In this document: in pieces, positions 41,719 to 51,356 of the stretch | How positions within the stretch are numbered: the stretch's first letter is position 1 | Layout of the letters: each line of letters opens with the position of its first letter | Source: an uncultured Armatimonadetes bacterium | GTDB lineage: Bacteria; Armatimonadota; UBA5829; DTJY01 | Direction: 5' to 3' | DNA: 64,000 bases | Assembly: GCA_963717145.1 (NCBI GenBank) | Contig: OY970325.1 | Coordinates: 288,001-352,000, forward strand | Notes under the pieces: model-generated | What the model was told of the DNA's origin: nothing | Databases searched by the model: none | The model's input: only the letters and a program-made list of their open reading frames with translations | Position numbers and translations under genes: made by a program

Positions 41719-42810
41719 ATGCCATTGCAGACACCAGGGGAATGGATGCCGCATATCGAGGAGATCATAGCGTCGGGCGGCGTGATCGTGGTTGTCGGCG
41801 CGGCTGACGTCGGCAAGACGTCTCTCTGCGCGATCCTGGCGAACCGCTCGCACGAGGCTGGGATTCCCACCGCCGTCGTTGATGCCGACATGGGCCAGTC
41901 AGAGATCGGGCCGCCGACCACATTCGGCATGGGCATCGTCGAATCGACCATCCGCAGCCTGAGCGACCTCCACCCGCGGGGACTCCACTTCATCGGCTCG
42001 ACCTCGCCTGTCGGGCACATTGCCGATTCGATCACGGGCGCACGGGCGCTTGTGGATCGATGCCGGGAAGTCGGGTCGAAGCAGGTGATCGTCGACACCA
42101 CCGGGCTCGTGAAGGGGTTGATCGCCCGGCAGCTCAAGACCCGCAAGATCGAGCTGCTGAGGCCGACGCACATCGTTGCCCTCCAGAGATTCGGCGAGGC
42201 GGAGCACTTCCTGCGCCTCTTCGACATCTGGAAGGACTGCACGGTCCACCGGCTGCCGGTGTCGCACCTCGCGCACCCTAAGTCCCAGACACTCAGGACG
42301 CAGCGCCGGGCGGTCAGGTTCGCCCAGTACTTTCGGGAGGCGAAGGTGATCGAGTTCCATCTCAATGACTTGGCAACCGGAAACACCTATCTTCGGACCG
42401 GCGACCCCATCCAACCCAAGTATGCCAAGTTTGCGTCGATCGCGCTCGGGACCGAGGTGATCCAAGGAGAGTTCATGGGCGGAACGGTCAGACGACCAGG
42501 CGGCATCCATCTCGTGACGACATCGGAGCACGACAGGCAAGGCGTCGAGGAACTGAAGCAGGAGTTCGGCACCTCGGCCATCGCCATCGTACCTGCGACC
42601 AAGTATGGGAATCTGGTAGTCGGCCTGATCGACGACCGGCTCCACACGCTCGCGATTGGAATACTAAGGAAGATCGATTTCCGCACGATGGTGGCGTCGG
42701 TGCTCACTCCGCTCAAATCGGTGCATATGGTCAGGGCGATCAAGTTCGGGGTCTTGAAGCTGCGTCCGGACGGCGTCGAGATCGCCCGCCTCCGCCCCGG
42801 CGAGGTCTAG
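41719..42810 (+). CDS. Clp1/Grc3/Nol9-family polynucleotide 5'-hydroxyl kinase
   Basis: P-loop GAADVGKTS, the family signature DADMGQSEIGPP, VDTTG and RxxRR motifs. Confidence 0.88.
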   Translation: MPLQTPGEWMPHIEEIIASGGVIVVVGAADVGKTSLCAILANRSHEAGIPTAVVDADMGQSEIGPPTTFGMGIVESTIRSLSDLHPRGLHFIGSTSPVGHIADSITGARALVDRCREVGSKQVIVDTTGLVKGLIARQLKTRKIELLRPTHIVALQRFGEAEHFLRLFDIWKDCTVHRLPVSHLAHPKSQTLRTQRRAVRFAQYFREAKVIEFHLNDLATGNTYLRTGDPIQPKYAKFASIALGTEVIQGEFMGGTVRRPGGIHLVTTSEHDRQGVEELKQEFGTSAIAIVPATKYGNLVVGLIDDRLHTLAIGILRKIDFRTMVASVLTPLKSVHMVRAIKFGVLKLRPDGVEIARLRPGEV

Positions 42811-43916
42811 CAGCGCACGTACACCCTCGGGACGCGCTTGCTCACCGCGCAGATGATCTCATAGGAGATCGTCCCGAGGATCTCCTCGATCTCCTCCATC
42901 GCGATCTCCTGATCCCCCTGCCTGCCGTAGAGCACGACATCATCCCCGACCGACACGCCCGGCACGTCGGTCACGTCGAGCATCGTCTGGTCCATGCACA
43001 CTCGTCCGATGATCGGCACGCGCGCGCCTCGAACGAGCGTGTGGCCTCGGTTCGAGAGCCGGCGATTGTACCCATCGGCGTAACCGATCGGGATTGTCGC
43101 CACGACCGTCTGCCTGGTGGTGGTATATGTGCGCCCGTACCCGACGGTTCGGCCCGGCGGAAGCTCCTTGAGGAAAGCGACTCTCGACTTGAGCGTCATG
43201 CTCTGGCGCAGTTCGACCTCGCGGGAGACGAACTCTGAGTCGTAGAGTCCGTAGAGCATGATCCCCGGGCGGACCATGTTGAAGTAGGAGTTGGCGCAGT
43301 TCAGCAGGCCGGCGCTGTTCGCCGCGTGACGGAGTGGGACTTCCACACCCGCGGCTTCGACCTCCTCAACGATCCCGGCGAACTCATCGATCTGGCGCGA
43401 GGTGAACGCCAGGTCCTCCTCATCAGCCGATGGAAAGTGGGTAAACATGCCCTCCAATTGGACGCCCGGAAGGTCCGCGAGTTGGGCGGCGAACTCTGGC
43501 GCGCTCTCGGGCTGGATACCGACCCTTCCCATCCCGGTATCGACCTTGAGGTGGACACTACGCTTCGTCGTCGATTGGCGGGAGAGCTCTCGCGCGAACC
43601 CCATGTCGCACACTGTTGTCGTCAGGTCGTAGCGGACGATCTCCGGGATCTGCTCGACGAACGCGGGCTGGAGGAGTATGATCGGCACGTCGATCCCCGC
43701 GTCGCGAAGCTCAATTGCCTCCTCGACGAACGCGACGCCGAGGATGTCGATTCCGGCATCGACCAGTAGGCGGCTCACCGGGACCGCGCCGTGGCCATAT
43801 GCGTCGGCCTTCACCGCCGGGCAGATTCTCACATCCGGCCCGACGATCCCCCGCACCTGGCGGAGGTTGAACTCTATCGCATCGAGGTCTATCTCAGCGT
43901 GTGTAGGTCTAATCAA
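42807..43916 (-). CDS. alr: Alanine racemase
   Basis: AVKADAYGHG, HLKVDTGMGRVG, ANSA, MVRPGIMLYG, IGYADG, GRVCMDQ and GTISYE motifs. Confidence 0.97.
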   Translation of the reverse strand: MIRPTHAEIDLDAIEFNLRQVRGIVGPDVRICPAVKADAYGHGAVPVSRLLVDAGIDILGVAFVEEAIELRDAGIDVPIILLQPAFVEQIPEIVRYDLTTTVCDMGFARELSRQSTTKRSVHLKVDTGMGRVGIQPESAPEFAAQLADLPGVQLEGMFTHFPSADEEDLAFTSRQIDEFAGIVEEVEAAGVEVPLRHAANSAGLLNCANSYFNMVRPGIMLYGLYDSEFVSREVELRQSMTLKSRVAFLKELPPGRTVGYGRTYTTTRQTVVATIPIGYADGYNRRLSNRGHTLVRGARVPIIGRVCMDQTMLDVTDVPGVSVGDDVVLYGRQGDQEIAMEEIEEILGTISYEIICAVSKRVPRVYVRC

Positions 43917-46134
43917 TGTACTGCCTTTCGATACGAAGGGCTTCCTCGTATGCCATGGGATACAGGGCCTTTTCGAGCAGCTTCTCGGCGGCGGCGAGGC
44001 CCGGCGCCCGTTTCGCTTTCAGTTCCCGGATGAGCGATTCGGCGTCTGCGCGCCAGGAGATCAAGAGACTCTGAGTGCGCTCTCGCCGGGAATCGGAGTA
44101 GAGCGAAACAACCGTGTTGCCATCGTTGTCCTTGAGCAGACCGAAATCCCCGCCGTCGCCGGCAATGACAAAGCAGGGCCGGCTGAACTTATCGGTCGGG
44201 ACGCAGTTCGGCAGATCGAATCGGAGCCTGCCCGCCTCAGTCACTGTTACCCGTCGGAAGCCGAGAGTACGCGTCTTTTCGGCGCTCTCGTAAACGGTCA
44301 GAGTGTACTCTCCGGGCGAGTCAGTGGCCAAGTTGACCTCATTGACCGTCGCCCAGTCGGTCGGTACCTCGACGGTGAACTCATGGCTGGGTCCGCGAGC
44401 GTAGTCGGTCGAGCCACCCGCCGGTCGGTCGAACACCATCGACCGCGGCTTGTCCTGGCAGAACGCGCGGACGTACTCGACCCAGCGGTCGGCCTGGTTG
44501 ATCGACTGCCAGTTGTAGAAGTTGTAGAACCTGCAGCCGTAAGCATAGCAGGCCCTCAGCGCGCGGAGATGGCGGTCCTTCCCGATCCCATTGTTCTCCT
44601 CGTAGTTCACCTGCGACCAGCGGCCCCACTCGCGGGTGACATCCGCCCATGCGGCCGGGCTCAGATTGTCGCGAAAATCGTACTCGATGCCGGACTTGCA
44701 GCCGCTCAATCGGTTCCACTCCAGGAGAGGGTGGTAGTCCGTGACCTCCTCCATCGGGTAGCCGTTCCGGGGGAACGAGTGCGAGTAGACGTCGTGCCAG
44801 AGGGCTCCGGTCGCGCATGGGATCGAGAGGTCCTTCAGCGCCCGAGCGTGGGCGTCGTAGGTCTCCTGCTGGTAGCGGGCGACGTTCTCGTGGAGCCACA
44901 GGCGCTCCTCCTGGTCGAGGCCGTCGCTCGGATCGAGGGTGACACCATCCGCTGAGGCATCGGCGACGGTCACCGGATTGAAGTCGGCCCAGAGTTTCTC
45001 GCGCTTGACGGGATACTTCTCGTCCGGGCACTCATGGTCCCAGTAGCGCGGCTCATTCTCCATCGCGATCCCGAGCAGGTATTGCCCGGAATCCTCGCCC
45101 ATAGCTTCCTTCAGGATGCCCAGCTTCTCCGCGATCGCCTTGTATCTGGCCTCTTTGAGCGTCGGATGGTTCATCGTCAGCCATGGGACGCTCGACCAGC
45201 GGTTCGGGATGCTGAGGCCGTATCGGAGATCGTACTTGTCGCCGAGCAGCTTCCTCAGGCCTTCGCCGTCATCATGGGTGTCCGTCTCCGACCAACAGAC
45301 CTGCTGATACTCGACATCCGAGAAGACCCCGCCTTTGCCGTCGGGATAGCGCATGGGAGTGCCGCCCCACCAACTGACGAACGAGAACGCGAACGGCATA
45401 TCATACTTGCGGCTGAGGCGGATCATCTCGGGGAACCGCTCGCGATAGAATTCGGCATCGCGGTTCATGTAGTAGACCTCCTGCGACCATCCCAGCTTGA
45501 CATCGCTGTTGCGGGTCGGCCGCAGATTGGCGCTCAATAGTCCGAACTGCTCTTCGGTCCTGGCGGGGTCGTCCCGATTCTCTTTCATCAGCGGCGCGAG
45601 GTAGAACGGCGTATCGAATCCGGCCGAATCGCAGTAGGAGGCGAAGTCCGACCAGGCCCAGATGCGGGCGATGCGGAACGGAGTGCTATCCCGGCGGTTT
45701 ACGAACTTGAGGGTGACCTGGTCGGTGGCTGTGATCCTTGGGTCGTCGAGGGTGATGAAGTAGCTGACCGGCCCGAACATGATGGCCGAGTAGTCTCTGG
45801 TGTAGACGAGCTTGCTGTTCGCGTGGACGTCATAAGTGTAGCGGATCCCCGGCGACTCGGGCGGATACGCCTCGGTGATCTGCACCGTGCAGGGCCGGTG
45901 TGCCGTCTTGCGAAGGGTGATGCGGAACGTCGCCCCGCCCTCGGGACCGCTCATCATGCATGGAATCTGCTCATCGACAGTGCCGATATGCGCCTTCAGC
46001 ACCTCGGTCTGCCCGGTCCCCTGGAACTTGTGGACGTCGAGCGCCTTCCGGTCGCCGAGGGACAGGGAGTCGGTCAGTCCACCTGCATGTGCCATACCCA
46101 TCGCCATCAGTCCAATCAAGAGTAGGAGTTTCAA
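43909..46134 (-). CDS. Secreted hypothetical protein, possible clan GH-A glycoside hydrolase
   Basis: Signal peptide, TIM-barrel-like aromatic-rich core with MENEPRYW (candidate acid/base) and NYEEN. Confidence 0.6.
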   Translation of the reverse strand: MKLLLLIGLMAMGMAHAGGLTDSLSLGDRKALDVHKFQGTGQTEVLKAHIGTVDEQIPCMMSGPEGGATFRITLRKTAHRPCTVQITEAYPPESPGIRYTYDVHANSKLVYTRDYSAIMFGPVSYFITLDDPRITATDQVTLKFVNRRDSTPFRIARIWAWSDFASYCDSAGFDTPFYLAPLMKENRDDPARTEEQFGLLSANLRPTRNSDVKLGWSQEVYYMNRDAEFYRERFPEMIRLSRKYDMPFAFSFVSWWGGTPMRYPDGKGGVFSDVEYQQVCWSETDTHDDGEGLRKLLGDKYDLRYGLSIPNRWSSVPWLTMNHPTLKEARYKAIAEKLGILKEAMGEDSGQYLLGIAMENEPRYWDHECPDEKYPVKREKLWADFNPVTVADASADGVTLDPSDGLDQEERLWLHENVARYQQETYDAHARALKDLSIPCATGALWHDVYSHSFPRNGYPMEEVTDYHPLLEWNRLSGCKSGIEYDFRDNLSPAAWADVTREWGRWSQVNYEENNGIGKDRHLRALRACYAYGCRFYNFYNWQSINQADRWVEYVRAFCQDKPRSMVFDRPAGGSTDYARGPSHEFTVEVPTDWATVNEVNLATDSPGEYTLTVYESAEKTRTLGFRRVTVTEAGRLRFDLPNCVPTDKFSRPCFVIAGDGGDFGLLKDNDGNTVVSLYSDSRRERTQSLLISWRADAESLIRELKAKRAPGLAAAEKLLEKALYPMAYEEALRIERQYID

Positions 46135-47234
46135 GCAAGTATCTCCAATGCGATCTCGGCATAGAGCCGTGCCGCCTGATGGACCTGTGACAGCGAGACG
46201 AACTCATTGGCGGAATGAGCCCGGATCAATTCGCCGGGCCCGAAGACGACGGCGTCGATGCCCAGGCCCGACTGGAATGCCTCGGCCTCGGTCCATCCCC
46301 GCCAGCCGACGACTTCCTCATCGTGGCCGCCCAGCACGCGCCTGATCGCCTCGATCAGCGGCGTATCGAGCGGCGTATCGAGTGCTCCGCCCTGCTTCGT
46401 GATCCTGTACTCCGCCTGGTCGCCCCACCTGGTGAAAACGTCCTGCACGCGGTCGAGCACCCATTGGACCGTCATCGGCGGGACCAGTCTTATATCGATG
46501 GACGCCTCGCACCTGTCCGGCACGCGGTTCGGCCTGTCGCCGCCCCGGAGAATTCCGAGGCAGAGCGTCGGCGGTCCGACCTTGGGGTGGGGCGGATGGT
46601 CGGTCACGGCATCTCGAAGCTCGCCCACCAGTCGGTACATCAGTTCGATGGCGTTGACCCCGAGCATCGGGAGCGCGCCGTGAGTCGCCTTCCCGTGGGT
46701 CACGATGTCGAGAAAAACGAGGCCGCAATGCGCCGGGACGATCTGCAACTCGGTGCCCTCGCCTGTGATCGCCATGTCGCACCGATAGCCCTGAGGGATC
46801 GCGGTTCGAACGCCGGTCGCATCGCCCTCCTCGTCAACGGAGAGCAGGAGGTCGAGCGTGCCGTTGAGCTTGACCTCGGAATCCGCCAGCGCCTTCATCG
46901 CGCCGATCATCGCCACGATCGATGCCTTGTCGTCCATCGACCCAAGGCCGTATAGCGTGTCTCCCTCGACCCGTGCGTTGGGGGTCGAGTCCCCCGCCGG
47001 CTGGACGGTATCGCAGTGGGCGTTCAGGCACAGGATGGGCGAGCCCTCGCCGATCCGCACGAGGATATTCCATCTATCTTCCGTCACAGGATAGCGCTTC
47101 GTGTCAAAGCCCAGACGCGCCAGTTCCGCCTCGAGAAAGAGCAGGATCTCCTTCTCGTGCGGATACACACTCGGTATGTCCACGAGCTTTGTCAGCAGGT
47201 CGGTGAGGTAGTTGTTGTCGATTGGAAAGTGCAT
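46131..47234 (-). CDS. M20 family metallopeptidase/deacylase (ArgE/DapE-like)
   Basis: NAHCDTV, LYGLGSMDDK, VDEE, GKATHG and AHSANE motifs. Confidence 0.9.
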   Translation of the reverse strand: MHFPIDNNYLTDLLTKLVDIPSVYPHEKEILLFLEAELARLGFDTKRYPVTEDRWNILVRIGEGSPILCLNAHCDTVQPAGDSTPNARVEGDTLYGLGSMDDKASIVAMIGAMKALADSEVKLNGTLDLLLSVDEEGDATGVRTAIPQGYRCDMAITGEGTELQIVPAHCGLVFLDIVTHGKATHGALPMLGVNAIELMYRLVGELRDAVTDHPPHPKVGPPTLCLGILRGGDRPNRVPDRCEASIDIRLVPPMTVQWVLDRVQDVFTRWGDQAEYRITKQGGALDTPLDTPLIEAIRRVLGGHDEEVVGWRGWTEAEAFQSGLGIDAVVFGPGELIRAHSANEFVSLSQVHQAARLYAEIALEILA

Positions 47235-48131
47235 CTACTCCGCCACAACCGGATTCCGCAACACGCCAATCCCCTCGATTTCGACCTCCATGATGTCGCC
47301 GACCTGGACCGGCTTCATCCCCTCCGGAGTGCCTGTCGAGATCACGTCGCCGGGGAACAGCGTGTGGAAGCTCGATATGTAAGCGATCAGCTTCGGGATC
47401 TTGAACATCAGGCTGCTGGTGTTGTCCTTCTGCCGGACCTCGCCGTTCACTCGCGTCTCGAGGTCCAGCTCGATCGGTTCACGGATCTCGTCCGGCAGCA
47501 CGATGCACGGACCCATCGGCCCGAATGTGTCGATCCCCTTCGAGCGCATCCATGGGCTCGACTGCTTGAGGTCCTGTATCTGCATGTCGCGGGCCGTCAC
47601 GTCGTTCATGATCGTGTAGCCGGCGATGTACGAAGGCGCATTCTCTTCCGAAATGTTCGCGCCCTCCTTGCCGATGATCACCGCGAGTTCGCCCTCGGGA
47701 TCGACCCGCGTCAGAAACTTCTTGTAGATGACCGGCTCGTCCGGGCCGATGACCGATGAGTTCGCCTTGCTGAAGAAGACCGGCTCGGTCGGGATGTGGT
47801 AGCCGCTTTCGAGCGCGTGGGCCATGTAGTTCCGTCCGAGCGCCATGATCTTCGATGGGCGCGCGACCGGGGCAAGGAGCTTGTAGTCGCTGATGGTATA
47901 CTTTTCCGTCAGGCCGTGCTTCTCGGCGAAATCGAGCGCGCTCCGGAACGTCTCGACCGCGAAGAGGCCGCGCTCCATCAGTTCCACGGTGGAATGGATC
48001 GGGCACTCGCATATCCCGAGTTCCACCATGCGCATGGTCTGGTATGCCGTCGTGAAGTCGAACACCTTATCGGCGAGCAGTATGCCGATGCTCTCGTGAG
48101 AATTCTGGGTGGAATAACGGACGACTTTCAT
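47235..48131 (-). CDS. Fumarylacetoacetate hydrolase family protein
   Basis: GRNYMAH, EGELAVIIGK, NDVTARD, KGIDTFGPMGP and GDVISTGTP motifs. Confidence 0.93.
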   Translation of the reverse strand: MKVVRYSTQNSHESIGILLADKVFDFTTAYQTMRMVELGICECPIHSTVELMERGLFAVETFRSALDFAEKHGLTEKYTISDYKLLAPVARPSKIMALGRNYMAHALESGYHIPTEPVFFSKANSSVIGPDEPVIYKKFLTRVDPEGELAVIIGKEGANISEENAPSYIAGYTIMNDVTARDMQIQDLKQSSPWMRSKGIDTFGPMGPCIVLPDEIREPIELDLETRVNGEVRQKDNTSSLMFKIPKLIAYISSFHTLFPGDVISTGTPEGMKPVQVGDIMEVEIEGIGVLRNPVVAE

Positions 48132-48174
48132 GAATGCCTCCTTCGTCTCCTCGCGTGCAGATCATTCCGCCCCA

Positions 48175-48203
48175 ATCATAGTCGCACGTCCGATCTGTGT
48201 CAA
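48175..48203 (-). promoter_or_regulatory. Sigma-70 promoter for the FAH-M20-GH-alr operon
   Basis: Minus strand TTGACA-17 bp-TATGAT. Confidence 0.7.
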
Positions 48204-48293
48204 TCTGCGCCAAAGGAATTTCCCGCCCTGGAGCCGAACTGAAAACCTTGGTATACACACCACCAATCAGTCGTTTACCGGAGGTTTCAGGAT

Positions 48294-49217
48294 ATGAAGG
48301 TCAGCATCATCGGCGGAGGCGGACGTGTCGGATCGAACGCGGCGTATGCCCTGCAGATCGGCGGACTGGCGAAGGAATTGGCGATCGTGGATGTCGCCCG
48401 CGATATGGCCGCGGGTGAGGCGCTCGATCTCAGGCACGGAGCGTCGGTCGCCGGCTCGCAGAAGATCTACGCCGGCGGATACGAGGCGGTCGAGGGCTCG
48501 GACATCGTCGTCATCACAGCCGGCCTTCGACGCAAGCCGGATGAGAGCCGACTCGACCTCATCAACCGCAATGTCGCGCTGTTCAGGGGCATTCTCGACG
48601 AGGTGAAGAAGGTCAAGCTCGCCGACGGAGCGATCGTCCTGGTTGTCTCGAATCCGGTGGACATATTGACTTACCTCACCGTCCAATCCGGCATCCTGCC
48701 CGCGAACCAGGTGATCGGCCTCGGCACGGTCCTGGACACGACGCGCTTCCGATCGCTTCTCGGAGAACACTTCGAGGTCGATCCGACCGACGTCGACGCC
48801 CTGATCCTCGGCGAACACGGCGACAGCATGGTCCCGATCTGGAGCAGCGCCACCATCAACGGCGTGCCTTTGTGCAGCTTTGCCAACTATGACGAGACTA
48901 CGGTGAGGGGCATTTTCGACTTCACGAAGAAGAGCGGCGCGGAGGTGATCCGTCTCAAGGGTGGCGCGGGATATGCAGTCGGGCTGGCGATCAAGGTGGT
49001 GGTCGATGCAATCACGCTCGACAAGAAAGCGATTCTCCCGGTTTCCTCTTTGATGAGGGGCTATATGGGTATAAGCGATGTGTGCTTCAGCGTGCCGACA
49101 GTCGTCGGTCGCGGCGGAGTCGAAAGGCTGATCGAGATCGTCCTCTCGGAGGATGAGAAGGCGGCGCTGATCGACTCCGCGGGTGTGTTGAAGCAAACGA
49201 TCTCCCAGGTTCAGTAA
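48294..49217 (+). CDS. mdh: Malate dehydrogenase (LDH-like family)
   Basis: GGGGRVG, VSNPVD, LDTTR and GEHGD motifs. The substrate loop TAGLRRKPDESR has Arg (MDH) rather than Gln (LDH). Adjacent to fumarase genes. Confidence 0.8.
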   Translation: MKVSIIGGGGRVGSNAAYALQIGGLAKELAIVDVARDMAAGEALDLRHGASVAGSQKIYAGGYEAVEGSDIVVITAGLRRKPDESRLDLINRNVALFRGILDEVKKVKLADGAIVLVVSNPVDILTYLTVQSGILPANQVIGLGTVLDTTRFRSLLGEHFEVDPTDVDALILGEHGDSMVPIWSSATINGVPLCSFANYDETTVRGIFDFTKKSGAEVIRLKGGAGYAVGLAIKVVVDAITLDKKAILPVSSLMRGYMGISDVCFSVPTVVGRGGVERLIEIVLSEDEKAALIDSAGVLKQTISQVQ

Positions 49218-49228
49218 CGGAGGGACAC

Positions 49229-49885
49229 ATGATAGTTCGATGGCTTGGACATGCCAGTTTTCTACTTCAGGCGGCGGGTGGTGCAAAGGTCATCACCGAC
49301 CCGTATGAATCCGGCGCATACAACGGCGGGATCATGCACAGATCGATCGACATCGAGCCGGATGTGGTGACCGTCTCTCACGATCATGCGGATCACGGCT
49401 ACACCGAAGGCGTCCCGGGCAACTTCGTGGTCATCAAGACCCCGGACGAGAAGACGATCAAGGGTATCTCGATCAAGGGAATCAGCGCCTACCATGACAT
49501 CGAAAAGGGCGCCGTTCGTGGCTCGAACGTGATGTTTCTCATCACGGTGGACGGGATTCACGTGGCTCATCTCGGCGATCTCGGCCACGAGCTGTCTGCC
49601 CGCGACATAGAGCAGATCGGCAAGGTCGATGTCCTGCTGATCCCGGTCGGGGGATACTACACGATCGGCCCGGAGCAGGCGACCAAGATAGTGGACGAGA
49701 TCAAGCCGAAGCTCGTCATCCCGATGCACTTCAAGAACGACAAGGTCAACATTACGATCGGCCCTGTAGATGATTTCCTGTGCGCGAAGCAGAAGGTTAA
49801 GTTGTCGGATACCTCGGAGATCGAGGTGACGAAGGAGACGCTCCCCGCCGCGACCGAGATCGTCGTCCTGAAGCCGGCGCTATAG
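49229..49885 (+). CDS. MBL-fold metallo-hydrolase (Lactamase_B_3-like)
   Basis: WLGHASF, SHDHADH, HLGDLG and IPMHF motifs. Confidence 0.9.
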   Translation: MIVRWLGHASFLLQAAGGAKVITDPYESGAYNGGIMHRSIDIEPDVVTVSHDHADHGYTEGVPGNFVVIKTPDEKTIKGISIKGISAYHDIEKGAVRGSNVMFLITVDGIHVAHLGDLGHELSARDIEQIGKVDVLLIPVGGYYTIGPEQATKIVDEIKPKLVIPMHFKNDKVNITIGPVDDFLCAKQKVKLSDTSEIEVTKETLPAATEIVVLKPAL

Positions 49886-49891
49886 AAAAGC

Positions 49892-49963
49892 GGAGTAATG
49901 GAGTACTGGAGTGATGGAATGCTGGATTTCCAACACTCCAGTACTCCAACACTCCAATCTCCA
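49892..49963. repeat. Inverted 8-mer tandem-repeat hairpin (GGAGTRNT / CCARYACT)
   Basis: ggagtaat ggagtact ggagtgat ggaatgct gga ... ccaacact ccagtact ccaacact cca. Confidence 0.85.
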
Positions 49964-50811
49964 TGCCTATGCGAGAGATACACGCCTCCGCGATAACCGA
50001 TGCCGTCGCCGAGTTGTGCACGGCCGCCAACTATGACCTCGGCGAGGACGTATACCAGGCCCTGAAAGACGGTGCCGCTGATGAGGAATCACCCGTCGGC
50101 CGGGAGGTCTTCGCACAACTCCTCGAGAACGCCGAGATCGCCCACGATGAACAGGTCCCGATGTGCCAGGACACCGGATTCGCGGTCGTGTTCGTCGAAC
50201 TCGGGCAGGACGTGCATATCACCGGTGGCCTGCTGACCGACGCGATCAATGCCGGCGTCGCGAAGGGATACACTGAGGGCTACCTGCGCAAGTCGATCGT
50301 CGGCCACCCGCTCGACCGAACGAACACCGGCGACAACACGCCCGCCGTCATCCACACCGAGATCGTGTTCGGCGACAGTCTGAAGATCACCGTCGCTCCC
50401 AAGGGCGGCGGAAGTGAGAACATGAGCGGCGTCCGAATGCTCAAGCCGTCCGATGGCGTCGAAGGCGTCAAGCGGTTTGTGATCGAGACGGTGAAGGCCG
50501 CGGGGGCGAATCCATGCCCGCCGATAATCGTCGGAGTCGGTATCGGCGGCACGATGGAGAAGGCGGCGATCCTGGCGAAGAAGTCGCTGCTTCGAAGGGT
50601 AGGGGAGCACAATCCCAATCCCTCGGACGCGGCGCTCGAGGACGAGCTTCTACGGCTGGTGAACGACACCGGCATCGGGCCCGCGGGCCTCGGCGGGCGG
50701 ATCACGGCGCTCGCGGTCAACGTCGAGACGCACCCGTGCCACATCGCCGGCCTGCCCGTCGCGGTCAACATCCAGTGCCACGCCGCCCGGCACAAGGAGA
50801 TCGTGCTGTGA
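49963..50811 (+). CDS. Fe-S fumarate hydratase (class I, two-subunit), alpha subunit
   Basis: PMCQDTG, NTGDNTP, KGGGSEN, ANPCPP and PCHIAGLPVAVNIQCHAARH motifs. Confidence 0.93.
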   Translation: MPMREIHASAITDAVAELCTAANYDLGEDVYQALKDGAADEESPVGREVFAQLLENAEIAHDEQVPMCQDTGFAVVFVELGQDVHITGGLLTDAINAGVAKGYTEGYLRKSIVGHPLDRTNTGDNTPAVIHTEIVFGDSLKITVAPKGGGSENMSGVRMLKPSDGVEGVKRFVIETVKAAGANPCPPIIVGVGIGGTMEKAAILAKKSLLRRVGEHNPNPSDAALEDELLRLVNDTGIGPAGLGGRITALAVNVETHPCHIAGLPVAVNIQCHAARHKEIVL

Positions 50812-51356
50812 TCGAGAGGCTAAGTGGTCCCCTGACTGACGCAGATGTCGCCAAGCTCCGTGCCGGTGACCGAGTCCTTCTGAGCGGGGTGATCTACACC
50901 GGGCGGGATGCGGCTCACAGGCGGCTGTTTGAGCTACTGCAGGTGGGGAAGCCGCTGCCGGTCGATCTGCGCGGGCAGGTGATCTACTACGTCGGGCCGA
51001 CTCCTGCGAAGCCCGGACGCGTGATCGGCTCGGCCGGGCCGACGACGAGTGGCCGGATGGACGCCTATGCCCCGGCGCTGATCGCATATGGCCTGAAGGG
51101 GATGATCGGCAAGGGACTCCGCACGCAAGAGGTTCGTGACGCCATGATGGAGCACGGGGCTGTCTACTTCGGCGCGACCGGCGGGGCGGCGGCACTGATC
51201 TCCCGGTGCATCAAGAAGGCGGAGATCGTGGCGTACGAGGACCTCGGTCCGGAGGCGATCCACCGGCTGGAGGTCGAGGACTTCCCGCTCGTGGTGATCA
51301 ACGACGCGCACGGCGGCGACCTCTACTGCGAGGGCGTGAAGGCGTACGCGCGATGA
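50808..51356 (+). CDS. Fe-S fumarate hydratase, beta subunit
   Basis: GTG overlaps the alpha-subunit stop. TGRDAAH, GSAGPTTSGRMD, GMIGKG and DLGPEA motifs. Confidence 0.93.
   Translation: MIERLSGPLTDADVAKLRAGDRVLLSGVIYTGRDAAHRRLFELLQVGKPLPVDLRGQVIYYVGPTPAKPGRVIGSAGPTTSGRMDAYAPALIAYGLKGMIGKGLRTQEVRDAMMEHGAVYFGATGGAAALISRCIKKAEIVAYEDLGPEAIHRLEVEDFPLVVINDAHGGDLYCEGVKAYAR

Noticed and set aside
48294-49217. L-lactate dehydrogenase
   Set aside because: The specificity-loop residue is Arg and the gene sits with fumarase subunits, which favours malate dehydrogenase.
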